From contig CAZTZR010000008.1 in assembly GCA_964618145.1 (NCBI GenBank), positions 1,743-65,742 on the forward strand: DNA of 64,000 nucleotides, written 5' to 3'. The stretch comes from an uncultured Kofleriaceae bacterium (GTDB lineage Bacteria; Myxococcota_A; Polyangia; HGW-17). The notes beneath the pieces were generated by a model. It ran no database searches. It saw only the letters and a list, made by a program, of their open reading frames with translations, and was not told the DNA's origin. Positions within the stretch are counted from its first letter, which is position 1, and the number at the start of each line of letters is the position of its first letter. Shown one piece after another: positions 1 to 8,687 of the stretch. Position numbers and translations under genes: made by a program.

Positions 1-147
1 TATTCCGAGATTGTTTTTGGTGATATGCCAATTCTTGTCTACCAGATACGCGTCTTTCATGGAAATGCCGACCTGTTTTTCCTTGAAAATTTTTGTAATC
101 TGGTTTTTCGCCATTGAACAACTGTAGTCACAGCCAGTTTTCTTGAA
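1..147 (-). pseudogene. Probable in-frame continuation of the 148..1122 gene beyond a TAA stop; open to the window edge
   Basis: After ILKI*(TAA 148-150) the same frame reads FKKTGCDYSCSMAKNQITKIFKEKQVGISMKDAYLVDKNWHITKNNLGI, 49 sense codons with no stop; no clear SD before the internal ATG. Confidence 0.55.
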
Positions 148-1122
148 TTAAATTTTGAGAATGGGTGCCAGCCTGTCCACTTCCGCACGCAATGCATTGA
201 TGGCGGCGACGGTTTTCGGCAACATCCCTTCATTGAAGTCGATTTCCATGCCCAGTAGCGAGATGTGCTCGGAAAAATCCCTGGTGAACCATTCCGTGTA
301 GAGTGGTCCAAAGAACAGCAAAGTCTTGTAGGTATAAAACTTGTCGGTCTGAAGCCAACCCTTGTTGAACTCCAGTTGATCCGCCTTGATGACGGTTTTG
401 GAAACAATGTCATCCTTGAACTTGATTCCTTCGATGACGCCTTTGCGAAGCAGGTCGTCCACCTGTCCCACCACTTCACACCAGGCGGAAGGATCATTGT
501 CCCGTCGATTGCCGATTTTGAGCCAGTTGCAACCCACTTTTCCCACATCCTTGAACTTGGGTTCGGCACAGGCTTTTTTGACAAATTCCACGGATTCACG
601 AACCTTTTTCAAATCTTCTATCCGGTTGAAGAACGCGGAATAATGTTCTCCCTGCATGGCTTTGATCAGATTGACCATGCCTTCTCTCCAGGTTTTGCTT
701 CCCATGACTTCTTCCTGGAACAGTTTGCACTGGGCGGTGCGTTCCTGATCCAGTTTCACGGCGGCCTGGTATGCGGCATTCATGTCGTTGACATAAGTGG
801 ACATATCCAGGATCTGGGCTTCCACTTCCCGGACTTCGGGAACCCCCCGGTCAGCGGCTGACATCTGGTTGAGAATGCCGATGGCGCGGTTCAGGTTGGA
901 ACGGGTGCGTTGCAGGTATCCGTCCATTTCGTCCATGCGTGCTCCGGGAACGATCCTTTTCCCGTCGAACAGTTTCGGGTCTTTTTGAACATTCTGCATG
1001 GCGATTTTCATGTTTCTCAGTTGCCCGTTGCCCCGGGCGCTCAACTGTTGGGCATTTGCAAGGTGGCTATGTAGCATAAAAATGGCAAACAATATAAATG
1101 AAATTCCTGACTTTTGCATCAT
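148..1122 (-). CDS. Secreted hypothetical protein (possibly truncated by a nonsense codon)
   Basis: Signal-peptide-like N-terminus MMQKSGISFILFAIFMLHSHLANAQ; GGAGG just upstream of ATG 1122/1119, so start moved from 1197. Confidence 0.7.
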   Translation of the reverse strand: MMQKSGISFILFAIFMLHSHLANAQQLSARGNGQLRNMKIAMQNVQKDPKLFDGKRIVPGARMDEMDGYLQRTRSNLNRAIGILNQMSAADRGVPEVREVEAQILDMSTYVNDMNAAYQAAVKLDQERTAQCKLFQEEVMGSKTWREGMVNLIKAMQGEHYSAFFNRIEDLKKVRESVEFVKKACAEPKFKDVGKVGCNWLKIGNRRDNDPSAWCEVVGQVDDLLRKGVIEGIKFKDDIVSKTVIKADQLEFNKGWLQTDKFYTYKTLLFFGPLYTEWFTRDFSEHISLLGMEIDFNEGMLPKTVAAINALRAEVDRLAPILKI

Positions 1123-1264
1123 CGACCTCCATGACAAGTGTTTATCACCCGGAAAAATCAACCCGGACGAATACGGAACATTGCGATTTTTCTTCAATTT
1201 TCAGGGTAAAGTCAATGAAAAAAATGTTTGCAAAGGAGAAATCTTCAGGAAAATCAGCGGAAAA

Positions 1265-3151
1265 TCAGTTGGCGGGGGTGAAGAGGACGAAAACATCCGC
1301 CTGTCCAGAGGGGGACAGTCCAAACAGGGTTCCTCCGGTGTGTCCCCCCACAAAGACTCCACCAGAGGAATCGGCGGCGAGGGCAGAACCGCTTTCATAA
1401 CTTCCGGTTCCCCACATGCGGGTCCAGAGTTTTTCACCATTTACGGTAAAGGCGGTCAAAAATATGTCGGTGCTGGCAACCCAGGGTTGTTCATCCATGG
1501 ACGCACGGGTGGTACCGGCCAGAAACAGCTTTCCCGAGGCAAAGGCCAAGGCCCCGGCGTTGTCTTCGGTGGCAGTGCCCCACTGGCGGATCCAAATACG
1601 GTTGCCGTTGTTGTCATACCGAACCAGAAAGGGATCCTGGTTGCCCGCAGAAACCTGATCCGGCAATGCCTGTCCCGTGGAGCCGCCCAGATAGACGTTC
1701 CCGGTTTCATCCACCACCACTCCTCCCGAATAATCATTTCCCGGAGTTCCGATGAGTCGTGTCCAGGCAACATCACCGCTGAAGTCCACCTTCATGACAA
1801 AAACATCCACCAGTCCGGCATAAGTTTGCCCTCCCAGGGCACCCCGGGTGATCCCGGCGACAAAGACATGGTTGTCGTGGATGGCCAGGGAACTGCCTGA
1901 ATCGTTGGCATTGGTGCCCCATTGGCGAGTCCAGACGCTGGTTCCATCTGCATTGAAGCGTTTCAGGAAGATGTCGGAACCTCCCAGATGGGACTGCCCG
2001 TCCATGGCCCCCAGGGTGTACCCGGTGACAAAAATACTGCCTCCCGTATCCACCTTCACGGCCATGCCCGGATCGTTGGCCGAAGTTCCCCATTGCCGGG
2101 TCCACCGGTGTTCCCCATCCGGCGAAAAACTGGTCAGGAATGCATCCGTCTGCCCGGCATGGGTCTGCCCGTCGATGGCTCCGTCTGTTTGTCCGGCCAC
2201 GAAAATGTTTCCGGCTGAATCCACAGCCACACCGTTGGCGGAATCATTGGCTGCAGTTCCCCATTGCCGGGTCCATGCCACCTGTCCGTTGGCGAGGATT
2301 TTCAGGAGGAAGGCATCTTCCCCGCCGGCATGGGGGTCGCCAAAAAGGGATCCCAGCGTTTTTCCTGTCACAAGGAGGTTGCCATGATGATCGATGGTCA
2401 TGCCGTTGACATATTCGTTGGCACTGGTTCCCCACAGGCGGGCCATGGCGCAGTCCCCGGGGGACAGGGTGCAGTCCGTTTCACACACGGGGGTTCCGAA
2501 GAAGAGGTCCCAGGTGCGGCAGGTTCCTCCGCCGGCCCCGGGGCCGTCGCATTCTTCCTGATGCTGGGCCTGAATCTGGTGATCCCCGCAATAGCCGCCG
2601 CACCCGGAGGTATCCAGTTGGCATTCATCGCAGGCCAGCGTGCCCGGGTAGAGGCCCAGGTCACCGCAGGCGACGCCCCCCAGATCATTGCCGTCACATT
2701 GTTCTCCTTCATCGGTCTGCAGCACACCGTCTCCACAGAGCCCCGAGCACCCGGCCAACTCAAAGGTGCAGTCCCCGGAACAGGACAACTCACCGCCGTA
2801 ATAGCCGAAGTCTTCACAAGCGGCGCCCCCCAGATCATCGCCGTCGCATTGTTCTCCTTCGCCGGCCTGAAGTTCTCCGTCTCCGCAGAATGGGCCGGTC
2901 TCGCACAACGATGTGTCAAACCCGCTGCAGTCGGTCCGGCAGGAAAGGATTCCCCCGGAAAACCCGAGTTGCTGGCAGTCCTGCCCGTTCAGCAAGTCAC
3001 CGTCACAGGCTTCCCCCGAATCCAGTACCCCGTTGCCACAGGGTTCCACCTTTTTTCCGGTTTTCTTGTCGCAGCCGGCCAGAAGCAGGATGCCAGACAA
3101 AAACAGGGTACAAACGACGATTGCACGCTTCGGATATGTCATTGCAGCCAC
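1265..3151 (-). CDS. Lipoprotein with Cys-rich repeats and C-terminal SBBP-type beta-propeller repeats
   Basis: Lipobox LAGC; repeats CGNG/CGDG...GEQCDG..LGG..C..LG..GG.L.C; C-terminal repeats W.RQWGT..ND....vavD..Gni.v.G.T. Confidence 0.85.
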   Translation of the reverse strand: MAAMTYPKRAIVVCTLFLSGILLLAGCDKKTGKKVEPCGNGVLDSGEACDGDLLNGQDCQQLGFSGGILSCRTDCSGFDTSLCETGPFCGDGELQAGEGEQCDGDDLGGAACEDFGYYGGELSCSGDCTFELAGCSGLCGDGVLQTDEGEQCDGNDLGGVACGDLGLYPGTLACDECQLDTSGCGGYCGDHQIQAQHQEECDGPGAGGGTCRTWDLFFGTPVCETDCTLSPGDCAMARLWGTSANEYVNGMTIDHHGNLLVTGKTLGSLFGDPHAGGEDAFLLKILANGQVAWTRQWGTAANDSANGVAVDSAGNIFVAGQTDGAIDGQTHAGQTDAFLTSFSPDGEHRWTRQWGTSANDPGMAVKVDTGGSIFVTGYTLGAMDGQSHLGGSDIFLKRFNADGTSVWTRQWGTNANDSGSSLAIHDNHVFVAGITRGALGGQTYAGLVDVFVMKVDFSGDVAWTRLIGTPGNDYSGGVVVDETGNVYLGGSTGQALPDQVSAGNQDPFLVRYDNNGNRIWIRQWGTATEDNAGALAFASGKLFLAGTTRASMDEQPWVASTDIFLTAFTVNGEKLWTRMWGTGSYESGSALAADSSGGVFVGGHTGGTLFGLSPSGQADVFVLFTPAN

Positions 3152-3154
3152 GCC

Positions 3155-3487
3155 TTATTTCGCGAACTCAAACGACGCGAAGAACATGTCCACCACTGCA
3201 CCGCTCAGGGTTTCATTTCCCGGGCCGGTGAGGGTCACGAAACATCGTCCCATGTCTTTTTTTACGGAATCGACTTTCAGGCGCGTTCCGGCGGGAAGTG
3301 TCACGGGAACCGGTGCTGTGGGATCAGAATAATCCTGTGCCAGCACCGCACGGACATGTACCAGGTCTGGAACCTGGACGGTGCAGGGGTTGTCCAGTAT
3401 TACGGTGATTCCTCCCTTGGAATCGGTGGTGACGGGATACAGGTCTTTCATGTTGATCGCATTTTGTGTCTTTGCTTTTTGGGGCAT
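3155..3487 (-). CDS. Small hypothetical protein (110 aa)
   Basis: AGGAG SD upstream of ATG; fills the gap between two co-oriented genes, 3 bp from the next start. Confidence 0.65.
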   Translation of the reverse strand: MPQKAKTQNAINMKDLYPVTTDSKGGITVILDNPCTVQVPDLVHVRAVLAQDYSDPTAPVPVTLPAGTRLKVDSVKKDMGRCFVTLTGPGNETLSGAVVDMFFASFEFAK

Positions 3488-3531
3488 TGTCTTTCTCCTG
3501 AAAAAAAGTCATGAATGGTTCCGTCCGCACA

Positions 3532-5721
3532 TCATTGCACGAAGACGGCAGTGCTTCTTGGATCCAGGGTTCCGTCACCCAGTTGGCCATGCTGGTTCTG
3601 CCCGGTGCACCGGACCCGGCCGTCGGCAAGCCCCAGGCAACTATGGGAAACTCCAGCTACAATCCCCGTAACGTCAGTGATTCCTGGCAGGGTTGCAGGG
3701 GACTGCCTGTTCACGGTATCTCCGAGCTCCAGTTGTCCCTGTGCGTTGGCGCCCCAGCAAAGGGCTGTTCCCAGGGATACGGCACAGGTGTGGTTGTGGC
3801 CGCCTGAAGCAGCGGTTACACCCGACATTCCAGGTACCATTTCAGGGACATGGGAATCGGTCACGGTTCCAATACCGAGTTGTCCGAAATCGTTTCGTCC
3901 CCAGCAATACATGCCGCCAGTGGTGAGGACTGCACAGGCATGTTCATGACCGGCAAAAAGCCATGCGGCCCCATTCAGTCCCGTGACGTTCACAGGTGTC
4001 AGACTGGTGGTTGTGGTTCCGTTTCCAAGTTGTCCAAAGGCATTTTTTCCCCAGCACCGGGCAGTGTTGTCATCCAGCACTGCGCAGGCGAATTCGTAGC
4101 CCACCGCCAGGGAGACCGCCGTGCTGATGCCTGATACCGCAATGGGTACGCTGGATGCCACGGTGGAGTTGTTGCCCAGTTGCCCGTGAATGTTTTCGCC
4201 CCAGCAGGCGATTTGTCCGTTGGCGCGAAGGGCACAGGTGAAGTAACGACCCGTTTGCACCGACACTGCATCCGGAAGGGAGTGGACGGCCACCGGGGTG
4301 GTGGAATCCGCGATGGAATTGTTGCCCAGTTGCCCGTAATTGTTCAGCCCCCAGCAACGAACTTGTCCACCCTGGACCACCGCGCAGGCGTGGTTGGATA
4401 TGCCGGAACCCATGTAGGTGACTGAATCCAGCCCGGTCACGGGTTTTGAAAAGGAACGGCTGGTCACGGTGCCGTCACCCAGTTGTCCGAACTGGTTGGC
4501 TCCCCAGCAGTATACCTGGCCGTCATCAATGACCGCACAGGAAAAGGAAGCCCCTCCTGCAACCGAAACAGCCAGGGCACAGCCTTCTGTGTCAAGACCG
4601 CACGAAACGGTGCAGTTCACCCGCCCAATGCCCTGTCCCACCGTACCGCAGGAGTATGGGATGTGGACTGACGGTTCACAGGTTTCGCCGAAATCGCCCT
4701 GAACGATTCCATCGCCACAGAAACCACCGCAACCGCCGGTGTCCAGAGTGGAGCAATCCTGGTTGCAGGTAAGTACACCCGGGTACAGTCCCAGGGTGAC
4801 ACAGGTATGTTCGCCGGTGTCGTTGCCGTCGCAGGTTTCTCCATGTTCCGGTTGCAGGATTCCATCGCCGAATCGCAGGCAGGCCCCTGTGTCAAAATGG
4901 CAGTTCAAGTCACATGCAAGAGTACCGCCATGGTGACCGAGTTCCTCGCAGGAGACCCGGTTCAGGTTCGTTCCCTCACATTGTTCCCCGAATTCCTCCT
5001 GGATGATTCCATCACCGCAACTCCCCGTTGCGATGCAGTCGGAAAGATCGAAGGTGCAATCGTTCCGGCAGATCAGGTTACCTCCATGATATCCCAGGGA
5101 CTGGCAGCATTTTCCGCCCAGTTCGGTTCCCTCGCATTGTTCCCCGTATATCCCCTGAATGATGCCATCGCCACATCGCCCGAAGGTCCGGCAGCTTTCC
5201 TGATCAAAGCGGCAGTCATCCCCGCAGGAGAGGGTTCCGCCGTGATAACCAAGGCTTTCGCAGTCCTGGTCGTTGAGGTTGGTTCCGTCGCATTGTTCGA
5301 AAGGACTCTCCAGGATCCCGTTTCCGCAGATCGAGGAGTTTTCGCAGGAACTGACGTCAAACCGGCATTCGGCGGTGCATGACAACTGGCCGGCTCCCCT
5401 GTCCAGGCTCAGGCAATCCTTGCCTGCCAGATTGTTCCCCTCGCAGTCTTCACCGTATTGACTCTGAATGACACCATCCCCACAGCGGGAAGCGCATACC
5501 GAGAGGTTCAGCCTGCATTCACGGGTACAGACAATCGGGCCGCTCTGGGAGTAATACCCGAGTTCCTCGCAATTCTGTATGGGCAGGGTGTTGCCGTCGC
5601 ACTCCTCGCCCGGGTCAAGGAAACCATCCCCGCAACGGTCCACCGTTGTGGTGGGGGTTTCACAGGCAACAAGAGAGTGAATGCCGAGAAGCAAGATGGA
5701 AAAGAGGCTGATTGGACGCAT
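3532..5721 (-). CDS. Lipoprotein with Cys-rich repeats and C-terminal RCC1-like beta-propeller
   Basis: Start moved to MRPISLF (5721); lipobox LVAC; about six CGDG...GEQC repeats; RCC1 repeats HACAV..GG.VxCWGxNx.GQLGxG. Confidence 0.9.
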   Translation of the reverse strand: MRPISLFSILLLGIHSLVACETPTTTVDRCGDGFLDPGEECDGNTLPIQNCEELGYYSQSGPIVCTRECRLNLSVCASRCGDGVIQSQYGEDCEGNNLAGKDCLSLDRGAGQLSCTAECRFDVSSCENSSICGNGILESPFEQCDGTNLNDQDCESLGYHGGTLSCGDDCRFDQESCRTFGRCGDGIIQGIYGEQCEGTELGGKCCQSLGYHGGNLICRNDCTFDLSDCIATGSCGDGIIQEEFGEQCEGTNLNRVSCEELGHHGGTLACDLNCHFDTGACLRFGDGILQPEHGETCDGNDTGEHTCVTLGLYPGVLTCNQDCSTLDTGGCGGFCGDGIVQGDFGETCEPSVHIPYSCGTVGQGIGRVNCTVSCGLDTEGCALAVSVAGGASFSCAVIDDGQVYCWGANQFGQLGDGTVTSRSFSKPVTGLDSVTYMGSGISNHACAVVQGGQVRCWGLNNYGQLGNNSIADSTTPVAVHSLPDAVSVQTGRYFTCALRANGQIACWGENIHGQLGNNSTVASSVPIAVSGISTAVSLAVGYEFACAVLDDNTARCWGKNAFGQLGNGTTTTSLTPVNVTGLNGAAWLFAGHEHACAVLTTGGMYCWGRNDFGQLGIGTVTDSHVPEMVPGMSGVTAASGGHNHTCAVSLGTALCWGANAQGQLELGDTVNRQSPATLPGITDVTGIVAGVSHSCLGLADGRVRCTGQNQHGQLGDGTLDPRSTAVFVQ

Positions 5722-5838
5722 TGATCCGTCTCCATGGCGATAATGACAGTCTGGCAATACACCATGGCCTGCCCCGATTGTCAATAATCAGGGTCAGAAT
5801 TGCCAGGGTGATGATTCAAGAGGACTGGATTACAGCCG

Positions 5839-7890
5839 TCAGGGCTTCAGGTAGGTAGCCATGTACTGATGGACAGTGTTCCACCAGACAATGCGGTTGC
5901 GCGGTTTGAACACGAAATGGTCCTCGTCCGGGAAATACAGGAAGGAAGAAGGCACACCAAGGCGCTGCAGGTAGGTGAACAGTTGCATGCCCTGGTCCAC
6001 GGTCACGCGGAAGTCCAGGGCACCGTGCACCACCAGGGTGGGGGTTTTCCACTTGGTGATGTGGTTGTGGGGTGACCAGCGCTGGTAGAGTTTGCGGTTG
6101 CTCCAGGGAGTTCCCCGGTTTTCCCATTCGGGGAACCAGAGTTCCTCGGTGGTGCCGTACATGGCTTCCAGGTTGAAAAGTCCGGAATGGCTGACCAGGA
6201 CGGAAAATTCCCGGGTCTGGGTACCGATCCAGTTGATCAGGTAGCCGCCATAGGAGGCGCCGGCGGCTCCTATGCGGGCGGGATCCACATAGGAGAGTTT
6301 GCGTACTTCTTTCAGTGCGGCCATCACATCCTGATAGGGTTTGCCGCCCCAGTCACCCTGGATGCTGTCCTGGAATTTCTGTCCGTAACCATTGGATCCA
6401 TGGAAATTCACCATGACCACCACGTATCCGGGAGCAGCGAACATCTGGGAGTTCCAGCGGGGGTGGAAATCATACCCGAAGGATCCCTGGGGACCCCCGT
6501 GCAGCAAAAAGACCACGGGATATTTCCTTGCGGGGTTGAATCCTGGCGGTTGCAGGATCAAGGCATGCACCTGGTCTCCGCCGGCGCCACGGAACCACAT
6601 GTCAGTGGTTTCTCCCATGGTGACGGGTGCCAGCAGTTGGTCATTGACCCTGGAAATGGAGGCAAGGGCGGGTTCCCTCATGGCGTCTGGTTCACTGGAT
6701 AGATATTTTCCACCGTGGGCGAACACCTCGGGAGGGCGGGAGATGGTCTGATTGACCAAAAGCATCCGGAAATCCTTGAGCGGGACAAAATCGGTGACAA
6801 ATACCTTGTCCAGATCCCGCTGGATTTGTCCGTTGAAGTTGACCCGGAACAGGTTCAGGTGTCCTTTTTCGGGCGCGGAGAAGAAAATCATGTTCTGGTC
6901 CGGTGCGAATGCGAACTTGTACACGGAGATGTCCATCTTCGCGGTGAGGTTCACAGTTTTTCCGGTGGCTCTCTCCACCAGGATGATGTCGGCCTTGTCA
7001 CTTTCGTAGCCGGCCCGGGCCATGGAAAGATAGGCGACATATTTTCCGTCGGGGCTGTAAACCGGGCTGTAGTCGTTGCCCTTTCCCGGCGAAAGCCGAC
7101 GGGGGCTTCCCTTTTCCAGATCCAGAAGGAACACGTCGTTGTTGGTGCTGGTGGCCACCTGGGCGTCTGTGTTCATTACGAAGGCCACTTCCCGCCCATC
7201 CGGGGAGAAACGGTAGTCCACGGCACCACCCAGGGATACGGGGGGTGAGTCATGCTGGCCCGGAGTCAGCAGGTGCAGTTTTCCACCCTGGACATCCACT
7301 GCCATGACGTGGTTGACCAGGCCGTTGCGCCAGTAGTTCCAGTGCCTGTACAACAGGCCAGTGAACAGTTGTCCGGAGTGATCCGGTTTGTCCTCACGCC
7401 CCGTCTTGTCGACACAGTCCGCATCCATGCATTTGGGATCCACCTGGGAGTGGAAAAGGAGCCGGCGACTGTCGGGAGACCACACCAGGGGTCCTGACAC
7501 ACCGGTGGAAAGGCTGGTCAACTGTTGTGCCTCCCCTGGAGAGGAAAGCGGCAAAAGCCAGATCTGGGGACCGTCCTTGCGTGTGCTGATGAATGCCAGA
7601 TTCCTGCCATCCGGACTGACAGACGGGGCGAATGAGTTGGAGTCCGCCCCGGTCACGGGGTTGGGACCCGTTTTGCCTTCGGTGTCGGCGCCGAAGATCC
7701 GTGTATGTCCCCGGTTTGTCTTCAAATCGTATGTGGTGACGGCGAAATACACGGTTTTGCCATCAGGTGTGACCGTTGGTCCAGCCACCCTTTTGACGGC
7801 CACGAGATCCTCGGGGGTCAGGGGCCGGGCCTGTACACTGCCCGCAAACAAACAGGACATCCAAATCGCAAACCCGATAAAACCTTTCAT
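5839..7890 (-). CDS. S9 family (prolyl oligopeptidase/acylaminoacyl) peptidase with beta-propeller
   Basis: Start moved to MKGFIG (GGAGG SD); signal peptide; PD40-like repeats (SPDG); nucleophile GASYGG, Asp in HGALDFRV, His in EDHFV. Confidence 0.92.
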   Translation of the reverse strand: MKGFIGFAIWMSCLFAGSVQARPLTPEDLVAVKRVAGPTVTPDGKTVYFAVTTYDLKTNRGHTRIFGADTEGKTGPNPVTGADSNSFAPSVSPDGRNLAFISTRKDGPQIWLLPLSSPGEAQQLTSLSTGVSGPLVWSPDSRRLLFHSQVDPKCMDADCVDKTGREDKPDHSGQLFTGLLYRHWNYWRNGLVNHVMAVDVQGGKLHLLTPGQHDSPPVSLGGAVDYRFSPDGREVAFVMNTDAQVATSTNNDVFLLDLEKGSPRRLSPGKGNDYSPVYSPDGKYVAYLSMARAGYESDKADIILVERATGKTVNLTAKMDISVYKFAFAPDQNMIFFSAPEKGHLNLFRVNFNGQIQRDLDKVFVTDFVPLKDFRMLLVNQTISRPPEVFAHGGKYLSSEPDAMREPALASISRVNDQLLAPVTMGETTDMWFRGAGGDQVHALILQPPGFNPARKYPVVFLLHGGPQGSFGYDFHPRWNSQMFAAPGYVVVMVNFHGSNGYGQKFQDSIQGDWGGKPYQDVMAALKEVRKLSYVDPARIGAAGASYGGYLINWIGTQTREFSVLVSHSGLFNLEAMYGTTEELWFPEWENRGTPWSNRKLYQRWSPHNHITKWKTPTLVVHGALDFRVTVDQGMQLFTYLQRLGVPSSFLYFPDEDHFVFKPRNRIVWWNTVHQYMATYLKP

Positions 7891-8053
7891 GCAGCATCCT
7901 CCTTCAAAAGGTTCGTCCTGAGGTCTAACAGAGATGAACCGGGCATACAAGCTGTGTGTGGAAAAAGCAGGTGGAAGAATTTCCTGTCCAATGGACTTGA
8001 CACGGTGCGGCATCCGCGTCATTAATACAACGTTCTTTGGGAACCCGAGGTGA

Positions 8054-8512
8054 GTGATGACCATTCTGAAATCCAAGTTGAATCAAGTGACAGACCTGCT
8101 CCAGTCGATGTCAGGGAAATTCCAGGGTAAACCCTTTGCCCGCCTTTTTCTGGATGGACACCATACCCCGGACACCGGGGCCCGCATGGCCCGCCTGTTT
8201 CCGTTGCACCTGCAACTGGAGTTGACCCTTTCGTCCGGAACCATCGAGGCCAGGGGGACGCTGGATATTGAATCCAGTCTCCCGGCCACTCCGGTGGAGG
8301 GTGTCCTGCATCCCGTTCCCTGGACGGACCACCCGTTTCTGGAACTGTCTTTTCCGGATGCCGCTGGCCAGCATTGCACCCTGATCATCCGGCATCTTCC
8401 TCCCGATTTTCTTGCCACCCTGCGCCTGGAAGGCCGCATCGAGGGTTCCCTGGCAGGGGATCTGGGACTGCACCTTCCCTCGGAACAGTTCCTGCGCATA
8501 CTGCAGGTGTGA
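8054..8512 (+). CDS. Hypothetical protein
   Basis: 152-aa ORF divergent from the S9 peptidase; fills otherwise non-coding space; no recognisable motif. Confidence 0.6.
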   Translation: MMTILKSKLNQVTDLLQSMSGKFQGKPFARLFLDGHHTPDTGARMARLFPLHLQLELTLSSGTIEARGTLDIESSLPATPVEGVLHPVPWTDHPFLELSFPDAAGQHCTLIIRHLPPDFLATLRLEGRIEGSLAGDLGLHLPSEQFLRILQV

Positions 8513-8519
8513 CAGAGCG

Positions 8520-8595
8520 GGTCAAGTCCGTTGATCCCGGCACACTGAATGTATTTCAAAGACCGTCTACAAGGGACGCCCGCAAAAGGGTGTCC
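8520..8595. repeat. Dispersed REP-like hairpin element, copy A
   Basis: GGGACGCCC-GCAAAA-GGGTGTCC hairpin at 8573-8595; 8520-8589 aligns to 61963-62032 at 60/71 columns (manual alignment). Confidence 0.85.
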
Positions 8596-8687
8596 TGTGT
8601 GGAGCTTTCCTTTTATGGCAGCGTGCGGTACTTTCTGTTGCCGGATCGCCGTCTGGGTGCGGCTAACCGGAGAATCACGGAGCATCA

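Noticed and set aside
148-150. Genome-wide stop-codon reassignment
   Set aside because: TAA, TAG and TGA all terminate recognisable full-length genes in this window; I saw no in-frame TGA in redox motifs suggesting selenocysteine.
3532-4600. Near-duplicate DNA motifs in the RCC1 region as recombination or variation cassettes
   Set aside because: Only short matches (e.g. GTTGCCCAGTTGCCCGT at about 4171 and 4321), explained by conserved RCC1 protein repeats.
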